IMG/VR virus record: IMGVR_UViG_3300042535_000023
Coordinates: 1-64,000 of that record
Length of the DNA stretch: 64,000 nucleotides
Reading direction: 5' to 3' (one strand)
DNA from: a virus
Shown here: positions 37,627 through 47,148 of the stretch, one piece after another
Layout: every line of letters begins with the position of its first letter
How positions within the stretch are numbered: position 1 is the stretch's first letter
Made by a program: the position numbers and the translations under genes
Notes under the pieces: model-generated
Database searches by the model: none
The model's input: only the letters and a program-made list of their open reading frames with translations
What the model was told of the DNA's origin: nothing

Positions 37627-38363
37627 AATTCTTCTCCTTTATAATACTTATTAATTCGTGCATTTGCCTTAACACACATTTCCTTGTCTAAATCACTACC
37701 AAGAGCTTTTCTTCTGTTTTGAAGTGCCGCTAAAACAGTTGTTCCTGACCCACTAAAAGGGTCTACAACTAAATCACCCTCATTAGAATGAATTTCAATT
37801 AGCTCCCTCATCAAATCGAGCGACTTTTGTGTAGGATGTATTCGTTTGCCGCCGTCACGGTGTATTGGGTAACTAAATACACCGTCATTATACTTGGAAT
37901 TAAAGGTAGGCTTACTACCTTTAACAGCTACTAAAGCTACTTCTCTTGCATTTGATAAGTAAGTAGCTTTACTATTTATAGGAACTGGGTTAGTTTTTAA
38001 CATTTCAATGAATCTAAACATGCCGTAGCCTTTATTGGCCGCTTCCATAATACCTCGTAAAGACTCTAGTTTCCAAAGGTCATACCAAACTATAATGGTT
38101 CCGCCTTTTCTAAGCTTCATATAAGCTATTTTAAAAAAATCAAGCAGCATACTGTTATGAGTAGCAATGTCTACATTATCCCAGTCACCAAAATCAATAT
38201 CAATCATAAAACGGGCTACACCTTTCTTACCTTTAGATTTAAAGCCCGACTTCTTAGAAATAATATAAGGAGGGTCAGTCAATATTAAATCTATTGAAGC
38301 GTCGTCAAAGGACTTTAAAAACTCCTCGGCACTACAATTATTTATAAATGGCTTACTACTCAT
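37611..38363 (-). CDS. Beta-class N6-adenine/N4-cytosine DNA methyltransferase
   Basis: TDPPY precedes HPTQK and DPFSGSGTT. Confidence 0.93.
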   Translation of the reverse strand: MSSKPFINNCSAEEFLKSFDDASIDLILTDPPYIISKKSGFKSKGKKGVARFMIDIDFGDWDNVDIATHNSMLLDFFKIAYMKLRKGGTIIVWYDLWKLESLRGIMEAANKGYGMFRFIEMLKTNPVPINSKATYLSNAREVALVAVKGSKPTFNSKYNDGVFSYPIHRDGGKRIHPTQKSLDLMRELIEIHSNEGDLVVDPFSGSGTTVLAALQNRRKALGSDLDKEMCVKANARINKYYKGEELWQKI

Positions 38364-38623
38364 CGAGCTACCTCATCTATTTCCATTTCATTCTTCTGAA
38401 ACAAAATTCCACAACAAAGGTACTCATGATTAATTATTTTACCTGTTTTAGGATCTTCTAATTGAACATAGTCACTTTTATACCCGATCTGTCTACAGTC
38501 AAAGGATTTCGCACAATACTTCCACTCTCCTACTACAGTGTGATCGTCCATAGGCTCGAAATCTCTACAATCTTTTTTTAATTTTAATCTGCAAATACTA
38601 TCTGGTGTTATTATTAGGGACAT
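38360..38623 (-). CDS. Cys-containing hypothetical protein
   Basis: 87 aa, tightly coupled to neighbours. Confidence 0.65.
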   Translation of the reverse strand: MSLIITPDSICRLKLKKDCRDFEPMDDHTVVGEWKYCAKSFDCRQIGYKSDYVQLEDPKTGKIINHEYLCCGILFQKNEMEIDEVAR

Positions 38624-38973
38624 ATAGGCTCCTTATTTTGGGCTTCTAATATTCTTTGTAAGACTAATTGTTCGGTTATTATATCATTATAATAAAACAA
38701 AGTCAAGCATAATTTATTTTCTTCACAATATTCAACTTTCAAATTATCTCTTTTCTTCTGAGCACGGAAATTAGAAACATCATTATCATGCATATGTCTA
38801 TTAAAGGTGAAGTGCTGCTGGCCCTGAACCTCTATTAAAACTGATAAATCTCTTACAAAAAAATCAAAAAATAAACGAGCACCTTTATATTTTATATAGT
38901 GTTCCTTTATAATATGACTAAAAGGAAATAATACCTTAAGTATAGCGCCCACATCTTCAGCTATTTGACTCAT
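38614..38973 (-). CDS. Vsr/DUF559-like PD-(D/E)XK endonuclease
   Basis: LFFDFF...LIEVQGQQHF...QKKRDNLKVEYC. Confidence 0.8.
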   Translation of the reverse strand: MSQIAEDVGAILKVLFPFSHIIKEHYIKYKGARLFFDFFVRDLSVLIEVQGQQHFTFNRHMHDNDVSNFRAQKKRDNLKVEYCEENKLCLTLFYYNDIITEQLVLQRILEAQNKEPICP

Positions 38974-40031
38974 ACTAATCCTTGCTTCTTATATCCTTCT
39001 TCCAAACCTAAAGCTTTTATAACTGCCTCACGGATTATTAAATATATATCCATATTATCCTTCATAAATTGTATGGCCTTAGCTTCACCTTGTGCTATAT
39101 TCTTTCCCTCATAAGCATACCAAGCTCCAGATTTATCAAGGATACCTAAATCGGTGGCCAAAGTTACACATTCCCATATAGAGTCGTAACCTTTACCATA
39201 AACCAAAGGCACAACACAAGATCTAAAAGGCTTACTTAACTTGTTCTTTTTGATAACAAAATTAGTTAGATGCCCCATAACCTCGCCGGATTCAGGATCA
39301 ACTATATGTGAGCTCTTTGCTTCCCCACCATCTACTTTTATTCTACCAGTCGCACTAAAATCGAGCGCTATTCCTCCAGTTGTTACTTCCGGATTTCCGT
39401 AGCCACCTATCTTACTTCTAACTTGGTTAATAAATATTAAAAGTGTATTGGTTTCACCAGCTAAGGGAACAAACTTTCTCATAGCCTTAGACATAAGCCT
39501 TGCGAGAAGGCCCATAAATTGATCCTCCATGTCAGCATCAGCCTCAGATTGCGGAATTAGAGAGGACACACTATCAACTACAGCGACATCAATTTCTCCC
39601 GTGGCCATTATTTTTTCCAATACATCCAAATTCTCTTCTCCTGAAAATGCCCTGACAAGAAGTAGGTCATCAATATTAACACCCATAGCCGCAAATAACT
39701 TTGCGTCAGCTGCTCTTTCTGCATCGACAAAACAACAACGCTTGCCCTGTTTTTGGGCCTGTGCAATAATGCTCATGGTCAAAGTTGTCTTGCCTCCAGA
39801 TGGAGGACCATAGACCTCATACACCCTCCCAAAAGCTAAACCAGCTCGACCAAGTGCCGCATCAAGACCAAGTGATCCTGTGGATATAGTAGGGATAATA
39901 ACATCCTTCTGGTCACCCATAGAAGTTAATACCTTACCATACTTCTTCTCAATTGCTTTTTTGACTATGTCCAACGAATCTACCTTTCTATCCTTACCTT
40001 CCTCTTCCTTTACTTCCTTTTTCTTTGCCAT
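38970..40031 (-). CDS. recA: RecA recombinase
   Basis: ISTGSLGLDAALG, GPPSGGKTT, VDAE, VVDSV, ARLMSKAMRK, FINQVR, GAWY. Confidence 0.97.
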   Translation of the reverse strand: MAKKKEVKEEEGKDRKVDSLDIVKKAIEKKYGKVLTSMGDQKDVIIPTISTGSLGLDAALGRAGLAFGRVYEVYGPPSGGKTTLTMSIIAQAQKQGKRCCFVDAERAADAKLFAAMGVNIDDLLLVRAFSGEENLDVLEKIMATGEIDVAVVDSVSSLIPQSEADADMEDQFMGLLARLMSKAMRKFVPLAGETNTLLIFINQVRSKIGGYGNPEVTTGGIALDFSATGRIKVDGGEAKSSHIVDPESGEVMGHLTNFVIKKNKLSKPFRSCVVPLVYGKGYDSIWECVTLATDLGILDKSGAWYAYEGKNIAQGEAKAIQFMKDNMDIYLIIREAVIKALGLEEGYKKQGLV

Positions 40032-40040
40032 ATTCTCTCC

Positions 40041-40610
40041 TTAATCAAGTGATATTCCCATATCGTCGTTATCTAATTCTCCTGATCTATCTATACATTC
40101 ATTTAACTTATCAATATGTTTTGCTTCTGTTTTCTTATAAAGTAATTCTACTGCTTTATTTGTTATCCATACTGCTTTTCCTTGGCCGAAAATTGTAAAT
40201 CCTACTGGGGGTTTTAGTTGAAACTCTTCCATATTATCAAAGAATGAATCTATTATATCCATACATTCTTGGAAGGCTACTTTTTTATTGACTCCATTTT
40301 TTTGGCGCGAGGCTAAAAAATGCTTCGCCACTACTCTATCTCTAGTCTTATCTTCAGAACAAAGAACCTTTGGGTAACGATGTCTCAAAATATTATAGAA
40401 ATAACTTGGAAGATCATCTAACCTTGTTGTAATAGGCTTCTCTTTTACTTTATCTGATACCCTATAACCACGAAAAATAAGATAATCTTTACAAACAGCA
40501 TCAAGTTCATCGTAAACAACGTCATCAAACCCAAACACAGGGTTAGTAGAAAATTTATTTATAACATAATTTAAATCTTCCGTCAATGAATTTAATGTAA
40601 CCTTCTTCAT
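40041..40610 (-). CDS. Hypothetical protein
   Basis: 189 aa between dnaN and recA. Confidence 0.7.
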   Translation of the reverse strand: MKKVTLNSLTEDLNYVINKFSTNPVFGFDDVVYDELDAVCKDYLIFRGYRVSDKVKEKPITTRLDDLPSYFYNILRHRYPKVLCSEDKTRDRVVAKHFLASRQKNGVNKKVAFQECMDIIDSFFDNMEEFQLKPPVGFTIFGQGKAVWITNKAVELLYKKTEAKHIDKLNECIDRSGELDNDDMGISLD

Positions 40611-40615
40611 AATTC

Positions 40616-41770
40616 TTATCTCTTTGTTAATTTAGTAATCAATGCCCTATGACTTTCTAAATTACCTGAATCAAATACCAACCAATTAGTATCATCTGAA
40701 AATTTAAAATTTAATTTGGCGTCCTTTATAACCGAAATAGTATTGATCATATGAGCACCATTTACGTCGACCGAAAAAGATTTATCATAATTAACTTCGG
40801 AATCACTATCAACCGTGGCCTGATTATTTGAGAATGTAATCTTTTTATCTTGGATTGTCAAGGATAATCTTTTGTTATCGTCTGGATCTAAAAGGTCCCT
40901 GAAAGGTGTAAGGCATTCCATTAACATATCTCTATCCAATTCTATTGAGCCCGAAAAATTTTCAAGAAGTGGTTGGTAGTCTGGGAAGGCACATCCAATA
41001 ACCATGCGCCCATAAACATTCACATTATCAATCTTAACCTCAATCTTGGCCCCCTCGATATTAAAAAATACCTGTGAATTATCTCCAAGTATTTTCCTTA
41101 GTCCCTGGGCAAAATCCATCTTAAATAAGAAACTTCCTACTTTAAGGTTACCCCTATTCTCGACCCTATACTCTGAAAGAGTTACAGCGTTAGAACCAAC
41201 AAAAATTATATGCTTGTCAGTAAATGTAATGCAAGGCCCCTGAAGGTATGTTCGAGTTTCTTTGGGATCAATGGCATAACTAATTTTTTCGATTGCTTCT
41301 TTTAGCAACTGTGAATGCATTATGAAGGTTGTTTTTTCTACAGGAATGGGTCTGTTGATTCCGAAGTTGTCAAAGTGGGTAAGTTTAATTTTACCTTTTG
41401 TTTCTTTACCATTACCATGAACATTACTAACATAAAGAAAGGTGCTGTCTTTAACTTCTTTAAGATGAAATTCTTTGGCGCCTACCGACCCATCATATGG
41501 TGCAAAAGAAGAAACAAAAGAACGCATATCTCCATAAGACACTGTTACATGTCCTGGAACTAAAATTTCTGCCTGGTCTACAGTAATATCTACCCCCATA
41601 GTTCCAAGGTTTGATATAAATATTAACTTATTATCCTCGGTAGACTCGATGTAAACTCTTCCTGATGACTCCTCTGTCCCTATCTTGGCCGTGATTCCTA
41701 AAACTTTAACTACTCTTTGAAACTCCATAGTATTCAATTTAAATTCCATAATACTTTCTCCTTTAAACAA
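40616..41770 (-). CDS. dnaN: DNA polymerase III beta-type sliding clamp
   Basis: About 380 aa three-domain length; RTYLQG, VGSNAVTLS, FPDYQ, VN...IN pattern of DnaN. Confidence 0.85.
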   Translation of the reverse strand: MFKGESIMEFKLNTMEFQRVVKVLGITAKIGTEESSGRVYIESTEDNKLIFISNLGTMGVDITVDQAEILVPGHVTVSYGDMRSFVSSFAPYDGSVGAKEFHLKEVKDSTFLYVSNVHGNGKETKGKIKLTHFDNFGINRPIPVEKTTFIMHSQLLKEAIEKISYAIDPKETRTYLQGPCITFTDKHIIFVGSNAVTLSEYRVENRGNLKVGSFLFKMDFAQGLRKILGDNSQVFFNIEGAKIEVKIDNVNVYGRMVIGCAFPDYQPLLENFSGSIELDRDMLMECLTPFRDLLDPDDNKRLSLTIQDKKITFSNNQATVDSDSEVNYDKSFSVDVNGAHMINTISVIKDAKLNFKFSDDTNWLVFDSGNLESHRALITKLTKR

Positions 41771-41803
41771 TTAATAAAAACTATTATTCCTTTTTATTCT
41801 TCC

Positions 41804-41832
41804 TTTATACACTATTTTTTAATTCTTGTCAA
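41804..41832 (-). promoter_or_regulatory. Near-consensus sigma70 promoter for the replication operon
   Basis: TTGACA-N17-TATAAA upstream of dnaN. Confidence 0.78.
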
Positions 41833-41838
41833 GGTATT

Positions 41839-44800
41839 TTAACCGAAGATTAATAAATTATCTCTTGTTGAATAGTTGGTTGCTTTAGTCCAAGCACCTG
41901 ACCTTTGAATATTTGATATACGTGTCTCATCTAAATATCCCTTATAAGTATATCCTGTTCTAATATCTAAACCACTAAATATAATAGAAGTTCCACTTGC
42001 TACGGTAAAACCTGAAACGGAGAATTGATCATGAAGGGCCCCATTCTTATATGTCTTTGCAACACTTCCATCATAGTTAATACTAACATGTGCCAGCTCT
42101 AACTCTTGAATAGTAAATGTGGTTTCTGGAGTTAGCCCCGATATTGTTTTTGTGCTGGACGCTCCGTGCCAATTATAATGTATAATATACTTTGTTGGTG
42201 TTGCTGAAATCACGTTATTACCCCAAGCCCCATCTCCCTGCAAAGGCTTCATAAATGTTTCTACTGTGCAAGAAGTGAATCCTGGGAAATTATTTACCTG
42301 ACCTTCAGCATAAGATCCATCACAATATAAAGATCCGCCTCCATTAATTATTCCACTAACAAACTCAGGTGTTCCATACACACAAGGTCTATTAGAAGAA
42401 CTCTCAACAAACGATCCATCAAAGTGCCATACCCCTAAATAATTATCATCCCAAACGTCTTGTGCTATAGTAGAGCCACTATCATCTATCAAATTACTAT
42501 CTATGTCTATATTATACCACAAATAAATTTCGGTGTCAACAGAAGAACTTATAAAAGGCACCTTTACCCACATATGGGCTGAACCTAAAGTATGGTTCCA
42601 ATAAGAAATTTCAGCAGGGCAGGTTACTTGAGAACCAAAAGCATTAGCTATAAATCTTATTTTCTTCCTATTATCATAACTTTCTCCTGATCCATCAGAA
42701 AGAATTTCAAACAAAGAAGTAGAATCATAGTCACTACTTCCTGAAGTTAGCCCTATATTAACAAGTATTGGAAAATTTGTCAAGTCAGAATCTATCTTAG
42801 TATGATCTATCCTTATTCTAATACTATTTCCTTCATTAAATTCCCCATATGTGCCCACTATAACGGATCCTATGTCTTCTGTCAACTTATTTCTTTCACC
42901 AGTTATATATGAAATCAATTCATGTTGATAATTTGATCTTGAAGTTACATCCATTCTGCTTGGTAAATCTCTGAAACCTTTATATTTATAACCAACACTT
43001 AAAACTCTAGCACTTATATCTTTGTAACCACCCACCGCATTTATTAATGACTCTAAATTATATTTTCTTAAAATACTAACACGATCTATGACATCCCTCA
43101 TAGCTTCATCTATTGTAGAATAATCTCTTAAATCAAATATATATTTTTTCTTTACTTGTGCTCTATCTATTGTATTATCAGTTACTTTTTTAAATCCTTC
43201 TATTCTTATAGACCATTTAGAATTCCTATCTGCTTTATACACTTTTTCTTCGCCCGAAAAAAAGTAATATTGATCTACTGCTTCTCTAAAAGCAAACTCG
43301 ACCTCCCTTTGCCAGAAAGGTTCACCAGGAATAACATTTACAACTATATCTCTAGACTTAACTTCATCAAATCTATCTTTCATTGTATATGAAAGATTAA
43401 TAGTAGCTATTATACTAGCCCCTAAATCCATATACAAAGGCTGCCCATAAATATAGGAGTAAAAATCAAAGGTGTTTTGTCGTTTATAACGAACGGTAAA
43501 GTAATTGTAAGTGTAACTCGGCTGTCTAACACTAAATGACAATGGTATCCTTGTAACTTCTCTTCTATTATACCTTATTGTTATAGAATCTTCAACTAAA
43601 TATTGTTCAGAATTAATATATGATTTAATATCAAACATATTATCAACTATGCTCGAATAAATATAACCCCTCAAATCAAATTTAACTTTTGGATTTATAT
43701 AGGCATTTAAATCTTTATACCCAGAGCCAAAACACGCGGCGTTTATTACACCTTTTATATCTATATGAGACAGCAAAGCAATATTTATAAAGTTTTTTAC
43801 TAAAGTTATTTTTGGAACCAGCTGAGATGGTATATTTATTAACTTACCAACTGAAAAGATATAAGCCCCTAAATTAAAGGGCTCTATAGTTTCAATATAT
43901 GAGTTTATATTTTGTTCGCCATAACTTGTCACATAACCAGGTAAATCTAAAGATACCTTAAGCCCAAGCATACATTTTAAATATGCTTTTAAATCCACAG
44001 GCTGAACCACATTAATATAAGCCCTAATATCATTAGCTCCATACTCAGCTAACATATAGGCAGGTAAATCAAATATGTGCCAAACATCAATACTACTTGA
44101 TATATCTACAGGTCTTACAGCTTGTAAATAAGCACCCAAATCCTTAGGCGGGGCTTTAATTCCTAATTTACCCCACAAAAGAAATGAATTATAAATATGA
44201 GGAACAATACCTGGTAAATCATACTCCGCCCAACCATGTAAAAAAGCGGCCACATTTTTTATAACATTACGAGCATACACCCGCATTATATGGTTTATAT
44301 CTATAGATAATCTAAAATTAACTTTTAAATAATTTGGTATATTATGAGTGGCAGGAGTCCAACCGCGTATGGCTACTTTTAAATTCTTTTGATTTAATCT
44401 ATGCCAAGGTCTTATAGTTTGAAAATAATCATATTGTTCTGGATAAGTAGGTTTTAAATACTCTGCTACATCTTTTTCTAATCTAAAATTAGGTTTTAAA
44501 TAGTTTGGTATATCACGCTGTCCTGGTTTCCAACCTCTAATAGTATTAAAAATATCCTTACTATTATCACGGGAATAACCTCTAATAAGATTAGAAACAT
44601 TATATTGGTCTTTGCCCCACATTCTTATGGTTGAAAATACATCTTTAATATTACCAACAGAATACATTTTAATTACTGAGTTAACATCCAAAAAGGAATT
44701 AATAGCTGGTTTTATGTAATGTATTAAATCTACTGTATCTTTTATTGTGGGTTTAACATAATTTTTTAAATCTTTAATATACCATTTACCGTTAATAGTT

Positions 44801-45288
44801 CCACGCAAATCAAAATGAGGTGGATTTACCTTTAAATAGCCACCTATATCCCTTATACCACCATATCTACAAGGTAATTTTAAAGTTTTTGGTCCTCTAC
44901 TATCATAACCTACTATAATTGTAGGACAATCTTTTAAATAAGTATAATCACTGTTCTGATAAATACCCATAGCAGTCATAATTGAAGATATGTCTAAAAC
45001 TTCTTTAAACACGCCACGAATTGTATTTTTTATATTTATGTAAAATGGAGAATATAGATAGGCATTTAAATCATAAGAACTTTTAAACTTTATACCGGTA
45101 ATATCTGAAGATACATTTTCTTGGCCGGGAGCAAAAACCTTAATTATAGAATTAAGATTAACGGTCCCCTCACTAACAACCCCATAAGAAAATTTAAATT
45201 GAAGATCATCGTTTGAAGGAGGAGTATAACCTACATCCGAAAACTTAAAAAAGAGGTTATTTGAATTTGGTGGATTATAATCTGCCAA
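41839..45288 (-). CDS. Large virion/fibre protein: short-period repeats + DUF2341 + LamG
   Basis: TTG start after GGAGG; many 12-15 aa repeats; IDHTKIDSDLTNFPILV...MWVKVP...VWDDNYLGVWHF; GYLDETRIS. Confidence 0.8.
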   Translation of the reverse strand: MADYNPPNSNNLFFKFSDVGYTPPSNDDLQFKFSYGVVSEGTVNLNSIIKVFAPGQENVSSDITGIKFKSSYDLNAYLYSPFYINIKNTIRGVFKEVLDISSIMTAMGIYQNSDYTYLKDCPTIIVGYDSRGPKTLKLPCRYGGIRDIGGYLKVNPPHFDLRGTINGKWYIKDLKNYVKPTIKDTVDLIHYIKPAINSFLDVNSVIKMYSVGNIKDVFSTIRMWGKDQYNVSNLIRGYSRDNSKDIFNTIRGWKPGQRDIPNYLKPNFRLEKDVAEYLKPTYPEQYDYFQTIRPWHRLNQKNLKVAIRGWTPATHNIPNYLKVNFRLSIDINHIMRVYARNVIKNVAAFLHGWAEYDLPGIVPHIYNSFLLWGKLGIKAPPKDLGAYLQAVRPVDISSSIDVWHIFDLPAYMLAEYGANDIRAYINVVQPVDLKAYLKCMLGLKVSLDLPGYVTSYGEQNINSYIETIEPFNLGAYIFSVGKLINIPSQLVPKITLVKNFINIALLSHIDIKGVINAACFGSGYKDLNAYINPKVKFDLRGYIYSSIVDNMFDIKSYINSEQYLVEDSITIRYNRREVTRIPLSFSVRQPSYTYNYFTVRYKRQNTFDFYSYIYGQPLYMDLGASIIATINLSYTMKDRFDEVKSRDIVVNVIPGEPFWQREVEFAFREAVDQYYFFSGEEKVYKADRNSKWSIRIEGFKKVTDNTIDRAQVKKKYIFDLRDYSTIDEAMRDVIDRVSILRKYNLESLINAVGGYKDISARVLSVGYKYKGFRDLPSRMDVTSRSNYQHELISYITGERNKLTEDIGSVIVGTYGEFNEGNSIRIRIDHTKIDSDLTNFPILVNIGLTSGSSDYDSTSLFEILSDGSGESYDNRKKIRFIANAFGSQVTCPAEISYWNHTLGSAHMWVKVPFISSSVDTEIYLWYNIDIDSNLIDDSGSTIAQDVWDDNYLGVWHFDGSFVESSSNRPCVYGTPEFVSGIINGGGSLYCDGSYAEGQVNNFPGFTSCTVETFMKPLQGDGAWGNNVISATPTKYIIHYNWHGASSTKTISGLTPETTFTIQELELAHVSINYDGSVAKTYKNGALHDQFSVSGFTVASGTSIIFSGLDIRTGYTYKGYLDETRISNIQRSGAWTKATNYSTRDNLLIFG

Positions 45289-45301
45289 AACTTAAACCTC
45301 C

Positions 45302-45601
45302 TTAAAATATTACGTTTATGTCTACAACATTCGAACTATCCAAAGTTTCTTGAGCTCTTCCTGCCTGAGTTGTTGAATAAAAATCATACAAAGATCTGGT
45401 AGAACTATTTATTACACTAACTGTTCCTGATGAGGCTAAATAAAAATTACCTTTATTTATTCCAGCTGATGGATCCGCCCAAATAGAAGTAAGATTAGAA
45501 GAACCTTTCAGTATAAAACCATAAAAAGTTCCTATAGGAGCAAAATCAAAGTCTAAATTATAAACCTCTATGGGGTCATCAAAGTTAAAATCTGTGGCCA
45601 T
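45302..45601 (-). CDS. Small virion-associated hypothetical protein
   Basis: 99 aa in the structural block, GGAG RBS. Confidence 0.7.
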   Translation of the reverse strand: MATDFNFDDPIEVYNLDFDFAPIGTFYGFILKGSSNLTSIWADPSAGINKGNFYLASSGTVSVINSSTRSLYDFYSTTQAGRAQETLDSSNVVDINVIF

Positions 45602-45610
45602 AATTAGCTC

Positions 45611-46234
45611 CTAAGAAGTTTCTGGTATAATCCAATCATGAACTATTGTATTAAAGTCTAAATTATTTTCATTAAAACAAACAATATAATAAGGAGTTGT
45701 TAGACTCACAGAAGTCTCAAAAGTATAATGTCCAGTAACATCGCTCCACGTTTCACTTAATAACTTTCCGGTATCTCTATGATAAAGACGTAACATTCTG
45801 GAAACTGGATTTATGCCCTTTTTTGTTACATGCCCTGTCACAAAACCCCTTTGCTCCATTTGCCAATCACCATGCATTAATAAATTTTCTTGCATGGTGG
45901 AGCCAAAAAAAGAAACTTGTGGTCTATTATTTATAGTAAAAGTAGGTGTATTTTTTATACCATTACCAGTCAATCTGCCTTGCTGTGGATCTAACTTATA
46001 AATAGAAGATATAACCTGTGGGGGTTTAATATTAATATCATCTGTTGATGATAAATCTACCACACCATAATAAACACTGTTATCTCTTATTATGGGGGAC
46101 ATAACATGAATATCATCTACAAAGGTCTCTATGGTAAGGTATAACTTATTATCTCTTAACACGGGCGACGTGATGTGTATATCATCCGCAGTATTTGAAG
46201 GTATTCCGACAACTACATTTCCAAGATCTGCCAT
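45611..46234 (-). CDS. Tail-associated protein with C-terminal beta-sandwich
   Basis: Three DDIxIxxP repeats; RLYHRDTGKLL..TWSD..G.YTF...N..VHD.IIP, similar to the C-terminus of ORF 49703..54856. Confidence 0.7.
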   Translation of the reverse strand: MADLGNVVVGIPSNTADDIHITSPVLRDNKLYLTIETFVDDIHVMSPIIRDNSVYYGVVDLSSTDDINIKPPQVISSIYKLDPQQGRLTGNGIKNTPTFTINNRPQVSFFGSTMQENLLMHGDWQMEQRGFVTGHVTKKGINPVSRMLRLYHRDTGKLLSETWSDVTGHYTFETSVSLTTPYYIVCFNENNLDFNTIVHDWIIPETS

Positions 46235-46242
46235 AGATTATC

Positions 46243-47148
46243 CTATACTATCGGTGTATACCAATCACCGGTTATTTGAAAACATAAATTACCAGTATAA
46301 ATAGGACACATATAAAAAGTATTTCCTGATAATGCCCCTGATCCTTCAAAAGACATAGGATTACGAAATTGAGTAGTTCCTGCTATTATAGGATCAAATA
46401 ACCCAGGTAGGTATCCCAAAAAAGTATAATCATGCATAAGTTTAATTCTATCTATATGCATGGCCCCTGTTAATCTATCGGGATATACTAAATAACCATG
46501 TGATCCTATAGTTGCTCCATCTCCAGTTGTTCTAAAAACACACTGAGTAGAAGGAACAAGTAGATGATTCCAAGCTCTTCTTATATATTTACCGCCGCTG
46601 GTAAATTGTTGGCCTTGTATCTGGGAATTCCAACCATTAGTTGAGTGTTGTTGTGTTACTAAAAGTGTGTTGTAAGGAAAATCGGCCGAAGTGCATAAAT
46701 AATCTCCAAAAAACTGCATATTTCTGTAATCCATATAAGTGGTTGGGTAAGAAGCATAAGAAACACCACTTATAAAATAAAAACTTCTATCCGTAGCATA
46801 AATTTCCCAAGTATTATCTGATGTGACGCTGGTAGCTTTCCAAAACCGACTGTAAATATAACTCTCAGTAACGAAAGGCTCCGTGCCTGTATTTATATCA
46901 GACATTGTAGCGTAGGCATTAACAGACGTATAAGTTTGGGTATCATCTACTCTCAAATAACACCTTCTTCCCGCCGGAGCTCTATATACAGCCAGATTAG
47001 TTCCAGCAAATACTTTTGACCAACCAGCTGAAGGCTTTGAACCATAACCATTAACTAAACAAGCGTCCAAAACTTTTATAAGTTCGCCGGCCACATTACT
47101 CTGAGTTGGAGCTGATGTATCACTCCATCTATAAACAAATACACTCAT
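46243..47148 (-). CDS. Tail/tail-fibre protein, paralog 1
   Basis: AP...G.L..VLDACLVNGYG.K..AGW...VYR...YLRVDD N-terminus known from phage tail proteins. Confidence 0.75.
   Translation of the reverse strand: MSVFVYRWSDTSAPTQSNVAGELIKVLDACLVNGYGSKPSAGWSKVFAGTNLAVYRAPAGRRCYLRVDDTQTYTSVNAYATMSDINTGTEPFVTESYIYSRFWKATSVTSDNTWEIYATDRSFYFISGVSYASYPTTYMDYRNMQFFGDYLCTSADFPYNTLLVTQQHSTNGWNSQIQGQQFTSGGKYIRRAWNHLLVPSTQCVFRTTGDGATIGSHGYLVYPDRLTGAMHIDRIKLMHDYTFLGYLPGLFDPIIAGTTQFRNPMSFEGSGALSGNTFYMCPIYTGNLCFQITGDWYTPIV

Noticed and set aside
9811-40031. Inteins or introns in nrdJ, polA, dnaB, recA
   Set aside because: Lengths are normal, motifs are contiguous and no splice-junction or LAGLIDADG signatures were seen
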